Both the position numbers and the translations under genes were made by a program. A stretch of 64,000 bases of DNA from the NCBI GenBank assembly GCA_049724395.1, contig JAUGWO010000035.1:1-64000 (forward strand), given 5' to 3'. The first letter of the stretch is position 1; each line of letters begins with the position of its first letter. A model generated the notes under the pieces. The model did not search any database, had not been told where the DNA came from, and saw only the letters and a list, made by a program, of their open reading frames with translations. Of this stretch, positions 46,155 to 60,051 are shown piece after piece. This DNA comes from Spongospora subterranea f. sp. subterranea. Its lineage: Eukaryota.

Positions 46155-49100
46155 CTACGTCCAGGTCGCGACACCAGCGTTGATGTTCGTGGTGACCGGC
46201 ACCAGACCTCCATGGCCCGAACCACCACCCATTGGCCGCTTTCCCGATAACCCTTTTACTGCTAGGACATTCCTGAACAGCTGTGGATGGCCAGGTTCAG
46301 GTGGCGCAACGGTTGTCGGCGGCAATGGAGCGTGTCTGCCGCCCGCCTCGTCGATGGCGAACAGAGCGTGCATGCGGGCGCGTTCACTGGCGGTGACGTC
46401 GTGGCCGTCGGCGATTCGCAGAACGGTGGCAGAGCGGATGAGCGTTGGGCGGTAGAGATGGTGGCGCGCGAGGGGATTGCCGGAAAGGGTAATCTCGGAC
46501 AGAAAGGGGAGCGACGATAGCAGGTCAAGGTCGGTGATTGGGGCGATTCGATTGGCGGCACACGATAGCGATTGCAGACGGGGGAACCGTTCGGCGACAC
46601 AGATCGGCCCGATCGACCGCAACGCATTCGAATCCAGGCTGAGGCAGCGCAGACTGGTCAGGTTCGTAGCGCCATCGAACGATGAAACGTGGTTGTGATT
46701 CAGGTTGAGATGGCGAAGATGATGACTGGCGCTGAGACCGTTGAAAACCGTAAAGCGTGATCAGGTTCGATTGGAGATTGAGCAGTTTCAGACGAGGAAG
46801 ATGATGGAGATGAAGGGCGATTATCGACGATATTCGGTTGTTGGTGAGATGGAGCTGCTCCAAGGCGATCAATGTGGACCAGGCACCGTCGGCAATATCG
46901 ACGATATGGTTATGGTTGAGATTGAGGGACGTTAGCGACGGAAGACACGATAATGATTCGACCTGGGTCAGACTGTTGTGTTCAAGATTTACTTGGCGAA
47001 TATCTACAGCAGTCCATTGTCAAATCGCGCACGATATCCGCCAAAACGTCAAAGGAACAAACGCCTCGATTCGGGAATATCAAACAACACTTACAGGTAA
47101 ACCTGGTTGGGTCAATTCGGTCAAGGAATCGTATCTGCGACGAACTCAGGTCGAGGCATTCGGAGCGCGGTCCTTGCGAATGTTCGCCTGTCTCGCCATT
47201 ATACGCCATCCATTCCTCCAGAAACTCTTCGGTGACGCGCCCCTCGAACTCCATTTTGCATTGTTCGATCTCCGCCGCCGTTATATTGATCCCGTCCAGG
47301 ACCTGTTTTGGATCACACCGGTTCCGTTCAAAAACCCCATCTCGATATTCCCGAAATCGAACTCACCTTCAACTTCTTGATGTTGAATATGCAGTATAGG
47401 CGATAGCTATCCTGTTGACATATTGGATTACCAGCCAGGTCCAGTATGACCAAGTTCGGCAATCGACACAATCCCCGAACGGTCCTCTTCAGGTCGTCAA
47501 TCTGGTTGTTGCTCAGATACAGTTCCAGCAATTGAGGGCATTGCTCTAGACCGGATATCTCGGTGATCAGGTTATCCTCCAACGACAACTGCTGCAACGA
47601 GTGCAGATCATCCATTCCCTGTTGGTGAATCGGTCAGGGACAGATCAACACCACCAACCGATCTCGACCAAACACCATCTCCATACCTGAATGACAGATA
47701 TGCGATTACTGCCCAGCTCTAAACGCGTTAAACGGGGTAAACCAGATAGGTTCGTGATTCGGGTGATGAAATTATCCTCCAACGAGAGCCCTTCCAGATC
47801 AGGACAGCCGTCGAACCCCCTGGACCAGCAATTAGCACACGATCTTTGGCGGCGTATACAGATCCCAAATAACTGCTCAACAATCGGATTGAAGATGAAC
47901 ATGGTCTGAGACCCAGCCAACCGACAGCAAAACGGAAAACGGAATGATCAACGAAACGTCGTCAGTGAATTACTCAATCGTGTCTAATCTGTTATCGCAG
48001 AAGGACGCCGTCTTCAGTTTCGGGAACTTGGCCTCGTTCAGCAACGATATCGATTTCAATTGTTGATGATCGAGTATGAGCCCAATAACACTATCGTATT
48101 CTGCATCATAATCACTGCCCTAACAGCGAGTCGATTGGTGATCAGTTGTGGTTGGTCAAATGAGCGATGGGGGTGGTGTCCAGGGCCGTCTCACCTTCTG
48201 AAATATGGCGCCTTTACTGATCAGCGAGTGGTCCAACACATCATGGGCGAACAGATACTGTGTCGAAGGGCTATCGAATCTGTCAGGATCGCAATCGGCA
48301 CGAGGGACAAACGCCGCTTGAAATGCGGTTCGATACGATGCCAGAGAGCATATGGGGTTATTGGTCACATTGAGGTGATTCAATCGCGGGCAATGAAGAT
48401 GAAACTGTTCCAAGTCTTCAACACGCCCCAGGCGATTGTTGTTCAAGTAGCAGGTCGTGAGTTGCGCCAACCCGGCCAATCCCTCAATCCGCTCAACACG
48501 ATTGTATCCCAGATCCAGATACCGAAGTTGGTGCAATTCTGAACAAACGGGGGTCGGGTTAAAAATGGGAACGAGGTCGGTACCTGATCCCCAACATGAC
48601 GATTCCCCAAACGCAATGGTCGTGGGGCAGTACCCACTCTCTCGTACCTGATATTCCGGTCATGGTCTCAATCCTGTTGAATGTCAAGATGAGCGTGTGC
48701 AGACAGACAAGGCGATTGAGGTTGTGGGAGATGTCCACGATATCGTGCCCACAGATATCGATCCATTCTACCGTATCGCCAACGTTGTCGGTCGGTATCG
48801 CCACAAACTGAACATCCAACGATCAATACACGACACAAATCGTGATTGATTTCCGCGACCTTGTGCCTTATGGCAGCGGGTCGGGGAGACATCGCTAAAC
48901 CTGATTCGCATTGGGACTGGTCCAAACCGCACCATCGGGCTTCAAACAGGCGTAAAGCGATGGCCAATTGGCGGTTCTTGTGTGGGCCGTTTCCAGTGGA
49001 GATGGGGTCGGAATCAGTCGGTGGCAAGACCATATCGTCAAATGACACCGATGAGCTGTTGTCGGATGATGTCGACAATTGATACCTAACGTGGTCGCAA

Positions 49101-51445
49101 TTGAACATGGCTGGCACAAACGGGAGGGGGTTCACCAATTATCGCTACCGATATTCGATAATGAACTCTGGGAGGATGTCACCTAGCTGTCGTGGAACAT
49201 CATCGATATGGCCACTGGACGCCTTCACGATCATTGTCGACAATCGCTTCGTCACTCTCCTCTGTAAAACACAACAATAACATAAGTGTTTGATTGACAC
49301 AATACCAATGACCATTCCGAAACGGGTCGTCAGACGAAAACCACAACAATAGGTCGTTTCGATCAAACGAAAACGTTTTGGAATAGAATATGATCCCAAT
49401 TATCTAACTGATTGATGATTGTTGTTTGACCTGGTGATATAATGGATCTGTGTCGACCATAACACGCAATCGATCCCGATCGGCAATAGCCAATTTCTGA
49501 TATAATCGGACGCCATCTGTAATCACCCCGTATTTCACAAAATCGTTCAGGATGTTCTGCGTTGCGACAAAATCCCCGGTCGGCAATCCAATGAAATACA
49601 GGCCCATATCCGCCTCTATCGCCACATTCTGCAACAGTCGAACACATTTACAGTGTTTTAGGGTCAAAGAAGAAACATTCGAGTGATTGTTTCGACCGAC
49701 CTCGTGGCCCTTCTCAAAGCACATTCTCAGAAAGCGGTTATGGACACGGGTGATCGATAGTATCTGAGACACACACAGAGAGAGAGAGAGAGAGTTGGGA
49801 TGAACTGCACTTGTTGTCCATTTGAGGAACCATTGAGTGTAATTGTGAAAGTAGTTCCAAACGAAATCTGGTGAAACTGTTCCAATCGTCATTAGGGATT
49901 GCCGAAGCGGTGATTCTTCCAGAGAACATTGAATGAAATCGCGATGAGGTTCAGTGTTTATCGTATTTAACAAGTGCATACCTCAACTGAGACGACGTCG
50001 AATCCATCACAAAAAAGGTCGATGCCGATCTGTGATTCGATCTGTTCTAAGGTCGGGGGCGACCCAAGCATCGTTCCCGCCAGCGCCATCCTCCAGACGA
50101 ATATTTCCACCCGTGTTCAGCTCCATCATCAACCGTCCGATATACAGGTTCGTATCGCCCTGAATTCTGAATGCGTTGTTTCAGTTCACATCGCAGCAGT
50201 AAACATTCCCAAACCGTGATCGTGAACTTATGCGGAAAATCAAACGCGATTGCAGATATACCTGAGTTTGAACTGTTCGAAATCATCATCGATCAATGCT
50301 CTTTCTTTACGTAAATCATGTTCAGCTGTTTTCAGCACTTGGCTTCTGTAAATGATGATGATCAGGAGAGGTCCAAGGGTCACAGCAAACACACAGCAGA
50401 TCACGATCAACAGTGAAACTGTTCATATGGAAAAATTGGCTGACTTTTCTCGGATGGCGCCATCTGGTACGTTGGCCATGACATCAATGATATTGGATCC
50501 GGTGAATGTTGTCGTGGCCATATCTGGATCAATGAGCCTGTTCATCAGCTGGAGGTGGCGAATCTGGCCCCAGACCTGGGCCATGGATCGATCGAGGATA
50601 TTGACGACCTGGAGGCGAATGCGATCGGCCGCCCTGATCACGTTATTGCCATCCTTCTTGGTCATCTTGATTCGCATATTGTAGTACATGATCTTCTTCA
50701 TGTACATTCCTTGGGCCAACGACCGCGCCTGCCCGCTAACTTCAACCAGATCGATCACGTCGACCTGGGCCAGATGATACGTGGCGAACGTCCTGTAATT
50801 GCACAGCGACACGATCGGATTATCGCCATAATGCGGGTCGCTGAACGTGATCTGGCGTAAGTTCGACAGATCGCCCAGGCGCCGGACGTCGTCCAAACTC
50901 CCGATGCGATTCCCGCTGAGGTTGATATCGGTCAATTGTTGACAAAGTAATAGCTCATCGGGAATCTCGTCAATCTGATTATCGGCCAGATTCAGGTACT
51001 GAAGGTGCAACAACCGCCCCATATTTCCGATCGTCGATATTCGGTTTTCCGAAAGCGTCAACGACGACAGCGCCGTTTGGCAATTTAGGTTTTCGATAAA
51101 AGTGATGAGATTGCCACGAAGATCCAAAGTTTTCAACGACCGCAACGCCTCCAGGTTCTCAATTCTCGAGATGCGATTTTCACATAACGACAATCGCGTT
51201 AATGATGTGAGGGAATCAAGGCCTTGTAGCTCCTGAATACCGCAAGATATCAGCTCGAGAGTGAGGAGATTGGGAAACAGGCGTAAGCCGAGGATCCCGT
51301 TAAATGGCGCCATGAACAGTTCAATGGACGTGACTTTAGATGGCGCTCTAGGCGACATGAGCCCATTTGCATCAATCAGCAGTGCGATTGCCTGTTGTTC
51401 TTCATTCGACACGTATATAGTGTCGGGGAACAGGGATTTCTGCAT
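46155..51445 (-). CDS. LRRC9: Leucine-rich repeat-containing protein 9, multi-exon (3' end approximate)
   Basis: Many SDS22-like LRRs plus the diagnostic DPHYGDNPIVSLCNYRT...MKKIMYYNMRIK; central ITRVHNRFLR and ILPEFIIEY; LRR caps GNP....YR. Confidence 0.9.
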
Positions 51446-52397
51446 TGGTGGTGAAGAGGGAGGGAGGGGAACAAGAGGGTGTGGTGTGGAATATGGAGAT
51501 GGGTAATTAACCGTCGGGGATCATGATCGGGATGAGCAAGGACTGAGGGGATGACGAGGGGATGATCATGACGAGTACAATGAGTGTACCTGGTGATCTG
51601 GCGAAACGGGGAGGAGATTGGGGCGATGGCCGTTTAGTGTTAAGGGGGTCTGTCCATAACCGCCATCTCCCTCATAAGGACTATACCGATATATCCCCCA
51701 AATCATCAACATGTCATGATGTGTCGCGACCAATTGACCGCCACAGGTTTGGCCCTTGCCATCACCATGTCCAACAGTCATGTCCAACGCTGTCATTAGC
51801 GCCCACCTGATCTGTTGTTCTGTTAGTAGTCATCACCAGTCCTAGTTAACCCTAAATCATAATCAGTTCAGACGACCCCCTAACCGAACCGAAACGATAG
51901 ACCGATCCTGGTCGTCATAACCATGAGCTCATGGACCATTTCGAAGACTTGTGCACATCGGCAACGCCCGACACACACATTTGCAGCGCAACAAAGAGTG
52001 ACATCGATATTGAAACTCTTTCAAAAGGTAAACACGAGGTCTAGTCAAAGTGGACAATTGATCAACTCCAGATTATGACATCGCTAACCAAAGTTGCAAA
52101 AACCCACTCACAACAATACGAACCAAAGAGAAACTTAACATCAAACCGATCACAAGTTTCCCGGAAAGAGGTCAAGACAGCCGGTTTTTCTTCGTCTGTG
52201 CCAGCGCGGTCCAGAAAGATTCCCGACGACCTTCTAGAAACTGGATGAGGTAGAGGTCGTTTGGAAAAACAAAAGCGAATTGCCGACAAACGATCACAAA
52301 TCGTAAAAAAAAGTTCATAGCCAATCCAGTCTCATTGGGGGAATACGAACAGTCAGTAGCATAATTTGACATGAAATATTGGTTTTTTACAGACGTA

Positions 52398-54706
52398 TTA
52401 GTTAAGTTCGCCAATGAATATGGTTGAATCGGAACTGGCAGATGCGACAACGGGCTCTTGAGGATGAAAGGCCACGTCATTCACCGATCCTTTATGGCCA
52501 GGTAGCTTGTAGACAATTCGTGTCGTGGCGGTATCCCAGATATGAACACATCGGTCAGCAGAACCGCACGTTACTTGAGCACCGTTACCGCTCCAACCGC
52601 ATCGTAGCAAATTCTTCTCAAAATCGTGGGTTGCGCCTACAATTCAAATTCAAAATCGATAATTCGACTACTTGCATCATGCAATATTGTGCCCATGGAA
52701 ACTTGAACGCCGTTGGTCAAGGAAATGAACCTTGATGTGAGGAAACGAGGAAAAACAGGACGATTGAGAATGATATGTGCAATGAACTTTCTTACCCATG
52801 AAGCATTTAACTAGGCGATCGGTCGGGCAGAAGGGGCGAACATCATAGCAGCGTAAGACATTATCCATGGCGTTGACCAGGAGATGGGCGCCATCTGGGG
52901 AAAGCGATACGCCCGTCACTATATCTTGAGGACCCACTAGTTCCTAAGATAGGGGATCAACTTAAAGAAAGTTGATGGACCTAAATCACGGCGAAACAAT
53001 TTATAGAAAAACACAAATACATCTTCTGAGTAAACACAGGTGGGAACTGGGAAGTAAACACGTCTCAGTAAAACTTCGAAAACCCGAAGAAACGCTGGCA
53101 TAAAACAGGAAAATTAACGAAAATGGGCAAGTTCGCAGCAAACTTAAGAACCAACACAGGAAACTAAGAGAATAAACAACCCGACTCTAGCTTAGCGCTA
53201 AAATGTAAAGCAAAAACATTTCAACTGGCACTGGCATTGAACCAATCCGAGCACCCACAGAAAAACGAACAGAATGCAATCTGGAAAATTTGGGCGATAT
53301 ATACGACGAACATAGGTGGCCTGAATATTTCGTAGATCCCACCCAGTAACGGTTGAAGTCTACGCCGCCTGCGAAAACGGTGATGTCGTCTTTTGACAAT
53401 GCCAGGCTGGTGACCGGCAACTCCAAGTTCAGTTGAGCCTGAACCGAACGTGACCTGGCATCCCATAATAATACGGTCGAGTCGTCGCCAGCGGTGACGA
53501 ACACCTAAACCAACCGAAAGCCACAGAATGCGATGAGATGTCAATAGTGGTTACATTGTGCAACAACGGAAAACGCAAAATTCCAAACTTCCAATGAATA
53601 AAAAGTAAGTTTAATTTAACTTGAGCGATTCGAATTGGCTGAATTGCGGGAAGGTCGTACGTATATTAAACTAGTAAATTACCTGTGGTTGTGACGAGGA
53701 TGCGGCAACGGCGTTGACAAAAGACCTGTGATCCCTAAGTTTGCGAACCTGTTCGCCATTTTCGGCATCATAGATCACTGCAACCTTATCAGATCCAACG
53801 GTGTATATATTCCTGATGACAAGCAGCTATTACTGATACGGCCATGGGTAGAGCGACATGCAAACGAAACAATTACATAAAAGCAAACAAAGCTAATGGT
53901 CGCTCAAAAAATTTGCAAAAGTTATTCCCAGTGAACACAATTGGAAGTAGAAACATGTGGAACTTCGATGTGGTTCATTACTCTGAATCGCATGACCAGG
54001 CCAGATCGGTAATGGAGCCTTGATGCCCCTTAAGAACCATGTAATTTGAACATTCGTCGGCAATACGCCAAAGAACTGCATCAATCGCAAATGAAACCGC
54101 GAATGAGCTTTGAGAAAATGAGGTCTTACATGCCTGCTTGTCGAAAGAGCCCGTTGCCAAAACCGTCCCGTCTTTATTGAATCTGAACCATATGGTATGA
54201 TCAGTAATCGGTGGTGGCGATAAACGTAAACCACAATGATCATCGGAAGACGATGCGCTCGTCGTTTGTCGGGGGCAGAAAATCTTGTCAAAGACGGAAT
54301 TATGATTTGAGAGGTTATAAAAATACGTTTAACACCGCCAGCAAAAACGGTGATAAAATACGTTCGATGGGCTTGCACCCGACAAAAGTTTATAAGAACC
54401 TACTAAAACAAACATGAAGAAATCGACAGCGAATAACTGTTTAAAAAACAGATCCCAAACAAAGCGCTAAAAGCGTTACCGGTTAACGTTAACAGCAGCG
54501 CCATGGCCAGACAAAAGCATGGTCGGCGCTGGTAAAGATGAGGTCCGACGTGGAGTCTAAATCGCATAAACATCAGGATGAGATTCTCAGAATGATCATA
54601 TTCAATTTACGATAAGGCTGAGCTCATGTTCCGTCTTTTGGCGTTTAACTAACGCGTCATGGGCGGTGGCGTTATTTGATGGGCGCTTTGCCACCAACGA
54701 CGTCAT
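52398..54706 (-). CDS. SNRNP40: U5 snRNP 40-kDa WD40 protein, multi-exon (one apparent 1-nt indel at ~53356)
   Basis: RTSSLPAPTMLLSGH, LKGHQGSITDLAWS, NAMDNVLRCYDVRPF, HNFEKNLLRCGWS, YKLPGHKGSVNDVAFHPQEP...IFIGEL. Confidence 0.95.
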
Positions 54707-56284
54707 TCCAAGCAAAGATTGTACTTGGATATCACGAACGCCAAGTCGCTGGCAATTCACGGACTCCGACAGTGCTTGATACCTTCGTTTTCCATTGGCA
54801 GTTTCGGCTGCGCTGCTCTTAGCGAATCTGGATGATCGTTTAAGGCAATCGCACCTGGAATATATGAAATTTCGATGCTTGATCATGAAATATGTCTGAC
54901 GAACTGTCGACAATGATTTCACAATTTCCAGAACTGCTCTATAATGACAATAACCTCCAAACGTTTCTGGAAAATGCTTTTTTTAGCAGCAATGAGTTTT
55001 AGAATAATCGCGTATCCTAACACATTCTATTTGATTTACGATATTTATAGGAAACGTTCTCCCAGCTCCTCAAAAAGAAAGTATTTAATTTATTCGACAA
55101 TTTGGCCGATTAATATTTGACGTAACTACCGTATATTCACGATTGTAATTATTTACGATGCTGTGCTTTCTTCCGATCTAATCATTAATTCGGGTGTAAT
55201 CTTGAACTGCATTGCAACTGCTGGCGGTGATCCGTCATATCGGCGTGGCTGCTCAGCCATGGATTATTTGTTCAAACGAGTTTGTTATCGGTTGAAGGCG
55301 ATACGTGTGGATTATCGTCAGCCTATTCCTGCTTTGTCGCAGAGCAGTTTCACATCAAGACGTGGAACGACAAATGCAGATCTTCAATGGGCCGATGTCG
55401 ACGAGGTGGAAAAATTCGGTTGACGGGCATCGTTTATTCACAGGCTCCTGATTTGGCGCCTGATACCGATCTATTTCGAACCTTGTCGACAGGTTTAGAG
55501 AAATAGTTCTTGATGGGAACCATCTCCTAAACCAGTTTGCAACCCCATTGTTGTCGCCAACATGCCGTCTAGTAGATTATACGAAGCTAAGGACGTTGCA
55601 CATATTTTATTGGAGTTTGAAGGATTAGCGTTCATTTTCGACTTGACTGTTGAAGCAGCAGAGCAGAGGCATGATGAATGATCATGTCGGGATCCATAGC
55701 CGAACTTCTGGTCAGGGCTAATCAGCACTCAGTTAAATTGCCATCACCTGCGGCGGCCCTTCTCTAGGGCGGCAGCAGGATGATTTGGAATTTGAAGAGT
55801 TGACACAGCAGAATAAATGGCGCAAATTATTTCTGATTATGACTAAGATGGGTCCAGCATGCAATGAGGGCGACCAACTATGACCCTTTCAAGGACGAAC
55901 TATTGATATGTAGCACTGTACTGTAGGAGTTTAAGTCAATTTCCCAACGGTTTTCGTTAACGCTCAAATCAACAACCGTTGCTGGAGATGGTAAAAGTAG
56001 TTGGGGGAAATATGGCCGGCGGGACGTTCACCATTGACGGTGTAACAGTACACGGTCACACTATACCCTCTGTGTGCTCCAACAGTGTCAGAGTGGCGCA
56101 CTTCTGCCAGTGGTACCCGCTTGACCACGCAAAACTTATCGTTGTCTTTGTGTGGACAGTTGGCTATGACGGGTCACATCACAACAGTGCATATAAGGGC
56201 CAGGGTCGGCCCACGCCCCACACGGTATTCAGTGCATTTATATGAAGACACTATAAGGATCCGTGACCCATTTCAGGAATTTTG

Positions 56285-58164
56285 ATGTCGGGATCTGTTG
56301 AGGTCGATTCTCTTCCTGATGCCATACCGGCAGGCGCCATTCGACCTCGTCGAGAACGACGCCTGGCTCAGGCCACCGACGCTTTAACTGGATCCCCCAA
56401 AGTTCGTGGCTCTCGAGGACGAGGTCGACCTCGAGGGCGACCGCCCAGAAGGGGGCGTCCACCTATTCCTCGTCAGCAGAACGACGATGCCAGCGAGACG
56501 TCAGACACCAGTCGCGGCGCTTATATTCCTGTAAATGTTTATGTAATTTCATGAATGCCGATCCCAAATATGTTTGAACGTTTGAAACATTGTCTCATTT
56601 GCCCTTCTTTTTTTAATTATTATTGATTTAATGTTCTTGTCAAGGATCACAGCAATATGGTGCATCAAGATGAGCTGTATTGTATTTGCCGTAAGCCATA
56701 TCAGGCCGATAAGTTCATGATCGGCTGTGATCGATGTGACGGTTGGTTTCATCCTGATTGTGTCAGTATTACTACTCAACAAGCTATGCGGATGCAATCA
56801 TACACATGTAAGACCAAGTCTTCCTAAAACTAGTTAATTACTAGCCTGCTGCTATTGAATTTTTACTGTTGCTCCGGCAGACAAGTCGAGCAATCCGCCA
56901 GACTTTTTGCGGCTTTTTTGTTGTCGTTTTCCTGGCAAACTCGTGCTGTGGACCCTAAGTTGTAGTTATTTTGTTCCACCGACCCTTTTTTTCTGATTAG
57001 TCAGCAAATATTCAACTATTGCTAACTTCCTGGTTAAGGTCCAACCTGCGCAAGTTCCGGTATTTTGCCCAAGAAAAAGCGCAAGCGTGGAATGCTGACA
57101 ATGCCCCCGTTAATGTCTGGCGGAAAGTCGTACTCCTCTCTAATGTCGCCCGAAACATTGAAGCGACGTATGGCCGTTGTTCGTGACTTTGCATCACGCC
57201 TGTCAGATGTACCGATCTAATATCGGGCCCATTTGGTTCGTCTATCTGTAGTGATGCGGAAGTCTCCAGTGATGAAGGTGAAAGTCGTTTAATAGCGGTT
57301 GCTAGCGACATCAACGATGCCGATTTCATTTTCGATAATGTAAATGACGCAATTCCCGACTTCGATGAGCGCGATCGACGAATTATTCAGCAGATGAAAC
57401 GGCGTCGTCTTGAATGCATGGTTTTGCTGCAAGTCGTTCGTTTATATCAAGGAATTCTGGAAAGCTCCGCCGAGTTTGCCAAGCAAAAATCATTAGAGAT
57501 GCGGTTCGAGCAGTTGTCCAACGCAAAGATTCATATTGTTTTGCGGGAGGATATATGTCTAGCTCAGCCCTACGATCCGTCGCTAAGTTCTGCAATATGC
57601 TTCTGGTGTAAAGGCGATATTCCTATCAGCACCTATTGTCAGCATGTTGAGAAGTGTGTGGAACAACTTATCGACGTTCGCTGCACAAGGAGTCTGTCGT
57701 CAGGAGTTGTGGGCGACGCCTCCTTAACTGAAAGCAACATATTGGATGATGACATTGAAGGACGCGGGCCGTCCATTATTTGTGCATACCCATTTGCTCT
57801 CTCGAACACGGATTTCACAAGACCAGTTTTAATATCCCATATTCCAGAGATGTTGCGTTATTGTGACAAACCTCGCAGCGACTGCATTGAACACGCGGGT
57901 TGGCTACAGATGGTTGAAACGAGACTGATTCAACAAAAATACGAGCTGCGACGTCGGGCGCGACGCCTAGACATCGAGCTCATTGACATTGACCACCGAA
58001 TTTACGAACGGCAAAAACACGTGGCGATCTGTCGAGACATCGCTAACCCAGCCGTATCCCTGCCTCCGAGGTCAAATCCTGAGAATGTCACTGCTTCCAC
58101 CACAGGTGTCGGCGCCGCGTTTCAAGAACGAGCCGCCGCTGCACTTGCCTCATCGTCCAATTGA
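56285..58164 (+). CDS. PHD-finger protein, CFP1/CXXC1-Spp1-like COMPASS subunit, multi-exon
   Basis: Spliced PHD LYCICRKPY...FMIGCDRCDGWFHPDCV...TC|PTC; C-terminal CFWC...QHVEKC and ICAYP...YCDKPRSDCIEHAGW resemble the CFP1/Spp1 C-terminus. Confidence 0.75.
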
Positions 58165-59401
58165 TATCACCTATATTATTTTATAAAGCTCAATTTTTCA
58201 CTGATTGTTTTTTTTCGATGCTGTCTGCCGTCAAGGACTTTGTTCAAAGAAGGCGTTCCATCCATTGGACACAAAAACACACCAATTTCACAGTTTTTGT
58301 TATCTTAAAAACTCTTGCAGCTATGGATGCCTCGTCCATGCGTCTGTCTACTCAACGCTTAAGAAGCCTTTCAAACATCCAGATGACAGATACATGCAGA
58401 ACGATACAGTATCAACAAGCGTCGGTCAAAACGAAATGGTCTGGCAAACAATGTCTGGTCGGTCAGGACTCAGGACAGTCCGCTTCTATACGGCAATACT
58501 CGCATTATCATTGCCGCTTTGCGTTAACGATATCCTGACGTTGCCTTAATTTCCCAAGACGTGTACAATATTGTCAAGGGGAACAAGACCAACACAATGG
58601 CCAGGAACCCTTTAGGGTTATAAACAGATGTGTTGCATGGTTAGCAATATAAAGATCACCGTCGTATAATTCATCTCTGGTTCGCAGCCGCTTCTTCGAA
58701 CAAGCTTGTCCAACGTTATCCTCATACCGTTTTTCATTGATTGCACTTACAGGACGAATCGGCAAAAATCCAGCTGTTCCTCCCGCTATTATTCAACCCG
58801 ATTTATAGTTTTCGGAGCGTTCCTGTACCTTTCGCCGTCACTCCTGTTAACAAATATACCTCTGTTGGCGTTGCTGGCCTGAATAACTGCAGAGTATGAG
58901 CAGATCATACTGGTTGTACTGGACCTCTTTATGCAAGTGTTGATGTCTAGAAGAGGGCGAGAATTGCAGTATGATTCACAGACCAGCCATATTTGTATAC
59001 AGCCCAGACCTGTTTCGTTTCGATCGGCGCTTGTTGAAACCTTGTGAGACTTCTTCGAAGCGTAAAAAACACAGGCGAGATATCCATTGCAGTAAACAGT
59101 CGTCAATATAACAAGCAATATGCGAACTTGGTGTTTCAATGCGTTTCGGGGATGGCTGTCTTCATTACACAGATTCTGACAATTAGGATCGATCATTCAC
59201 CATCGGCATACTAGGATTTTTTCATAAATCTTTTTGAACATACTACAAAAACTGGGATAAAATATTACAGAGTCACGTTCTTGATTGCAGTTATCCTAAA
59301 ATCTATGTTGATAAGTTAGCTGGGTCGAATAGAGAACTATCCGAAAAATGAGGTACACCAGCCATAAAAGTGTTTATATTATGGATAACAGGATATATTC
59401 G

Positions 59402-60051
59402 CGACACCCCGTTCTGAATTGATGCAAGTGTATTCGCGATACCCAGTAGGAAGTTCAATACTCGATACTTGTCAAGACGCGTTTGAAAGGAAATGGTACT
59501 CAACCCGACAGCCCATTCGCCATATTCAGGGCGAACTAACTCAGACGCAAGTTGGCTGGGAAACAACCATCTGATTCCGAAAGGCTCATGTTGACAAAGG
59601 TTCCCGTCCCGCTGCAACCGTGCACGAGATGACTACCATTGACCCAACTACGCGTTGCGAGTTACTAATGTTCGAGCGGAGACTGCTGTCGTCGCCGGCG
59701 CCTTTGACAACTTCATTCTGTGTCTATTGTCGCAGACCGAAACTCGCAACGCGTTGTTGCGGTCAATGGTACCGTAACCATCTCGTGCCCACCCAGTTCC
59801 GCGACGAACGGCTGCAGTGGGACGGAAACATTTGTCAACATGAGCCTTTCCGAATAAGATGATTGTTCCTCAGCCAACCTGCGTTCGAATTAGTTCGCCC
59901 TGAATATGGCGAGTCGCTGTCGGGTTGAGGCACCATTTCTTTTCAAACGCGTCTTGACAAAATCGAGTATTGAACTTCCAAAGGGGTGTCGCGAATACAT
60001 ACTTGCTTTTTTCACCTTAGCGTACGAGGATCCGTTCAGAACGAGGTGTCG
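59402..60051. repeat. Imperfect long inverted repeat (arms ~59402-59621 and ~59808-60051)
   Basis: The two arms translate on opposite strands to near-identical peptides (DGNLCQHEPF / DGNICQHEPF; ELVRPEYGE; ISFQTRLDK). Confidence 0.9.

Noticed and set aside
54120..54140. Possible GC-AG intron in SNRNP40
   Set aside because: A GT donor 4 nt further along gives an in-frame DKQAFLW.
55163..56250. Short ORFs between SNRNP40 and the PHD gene
   Set aside because: No recognisable domain or consistent exon chain.
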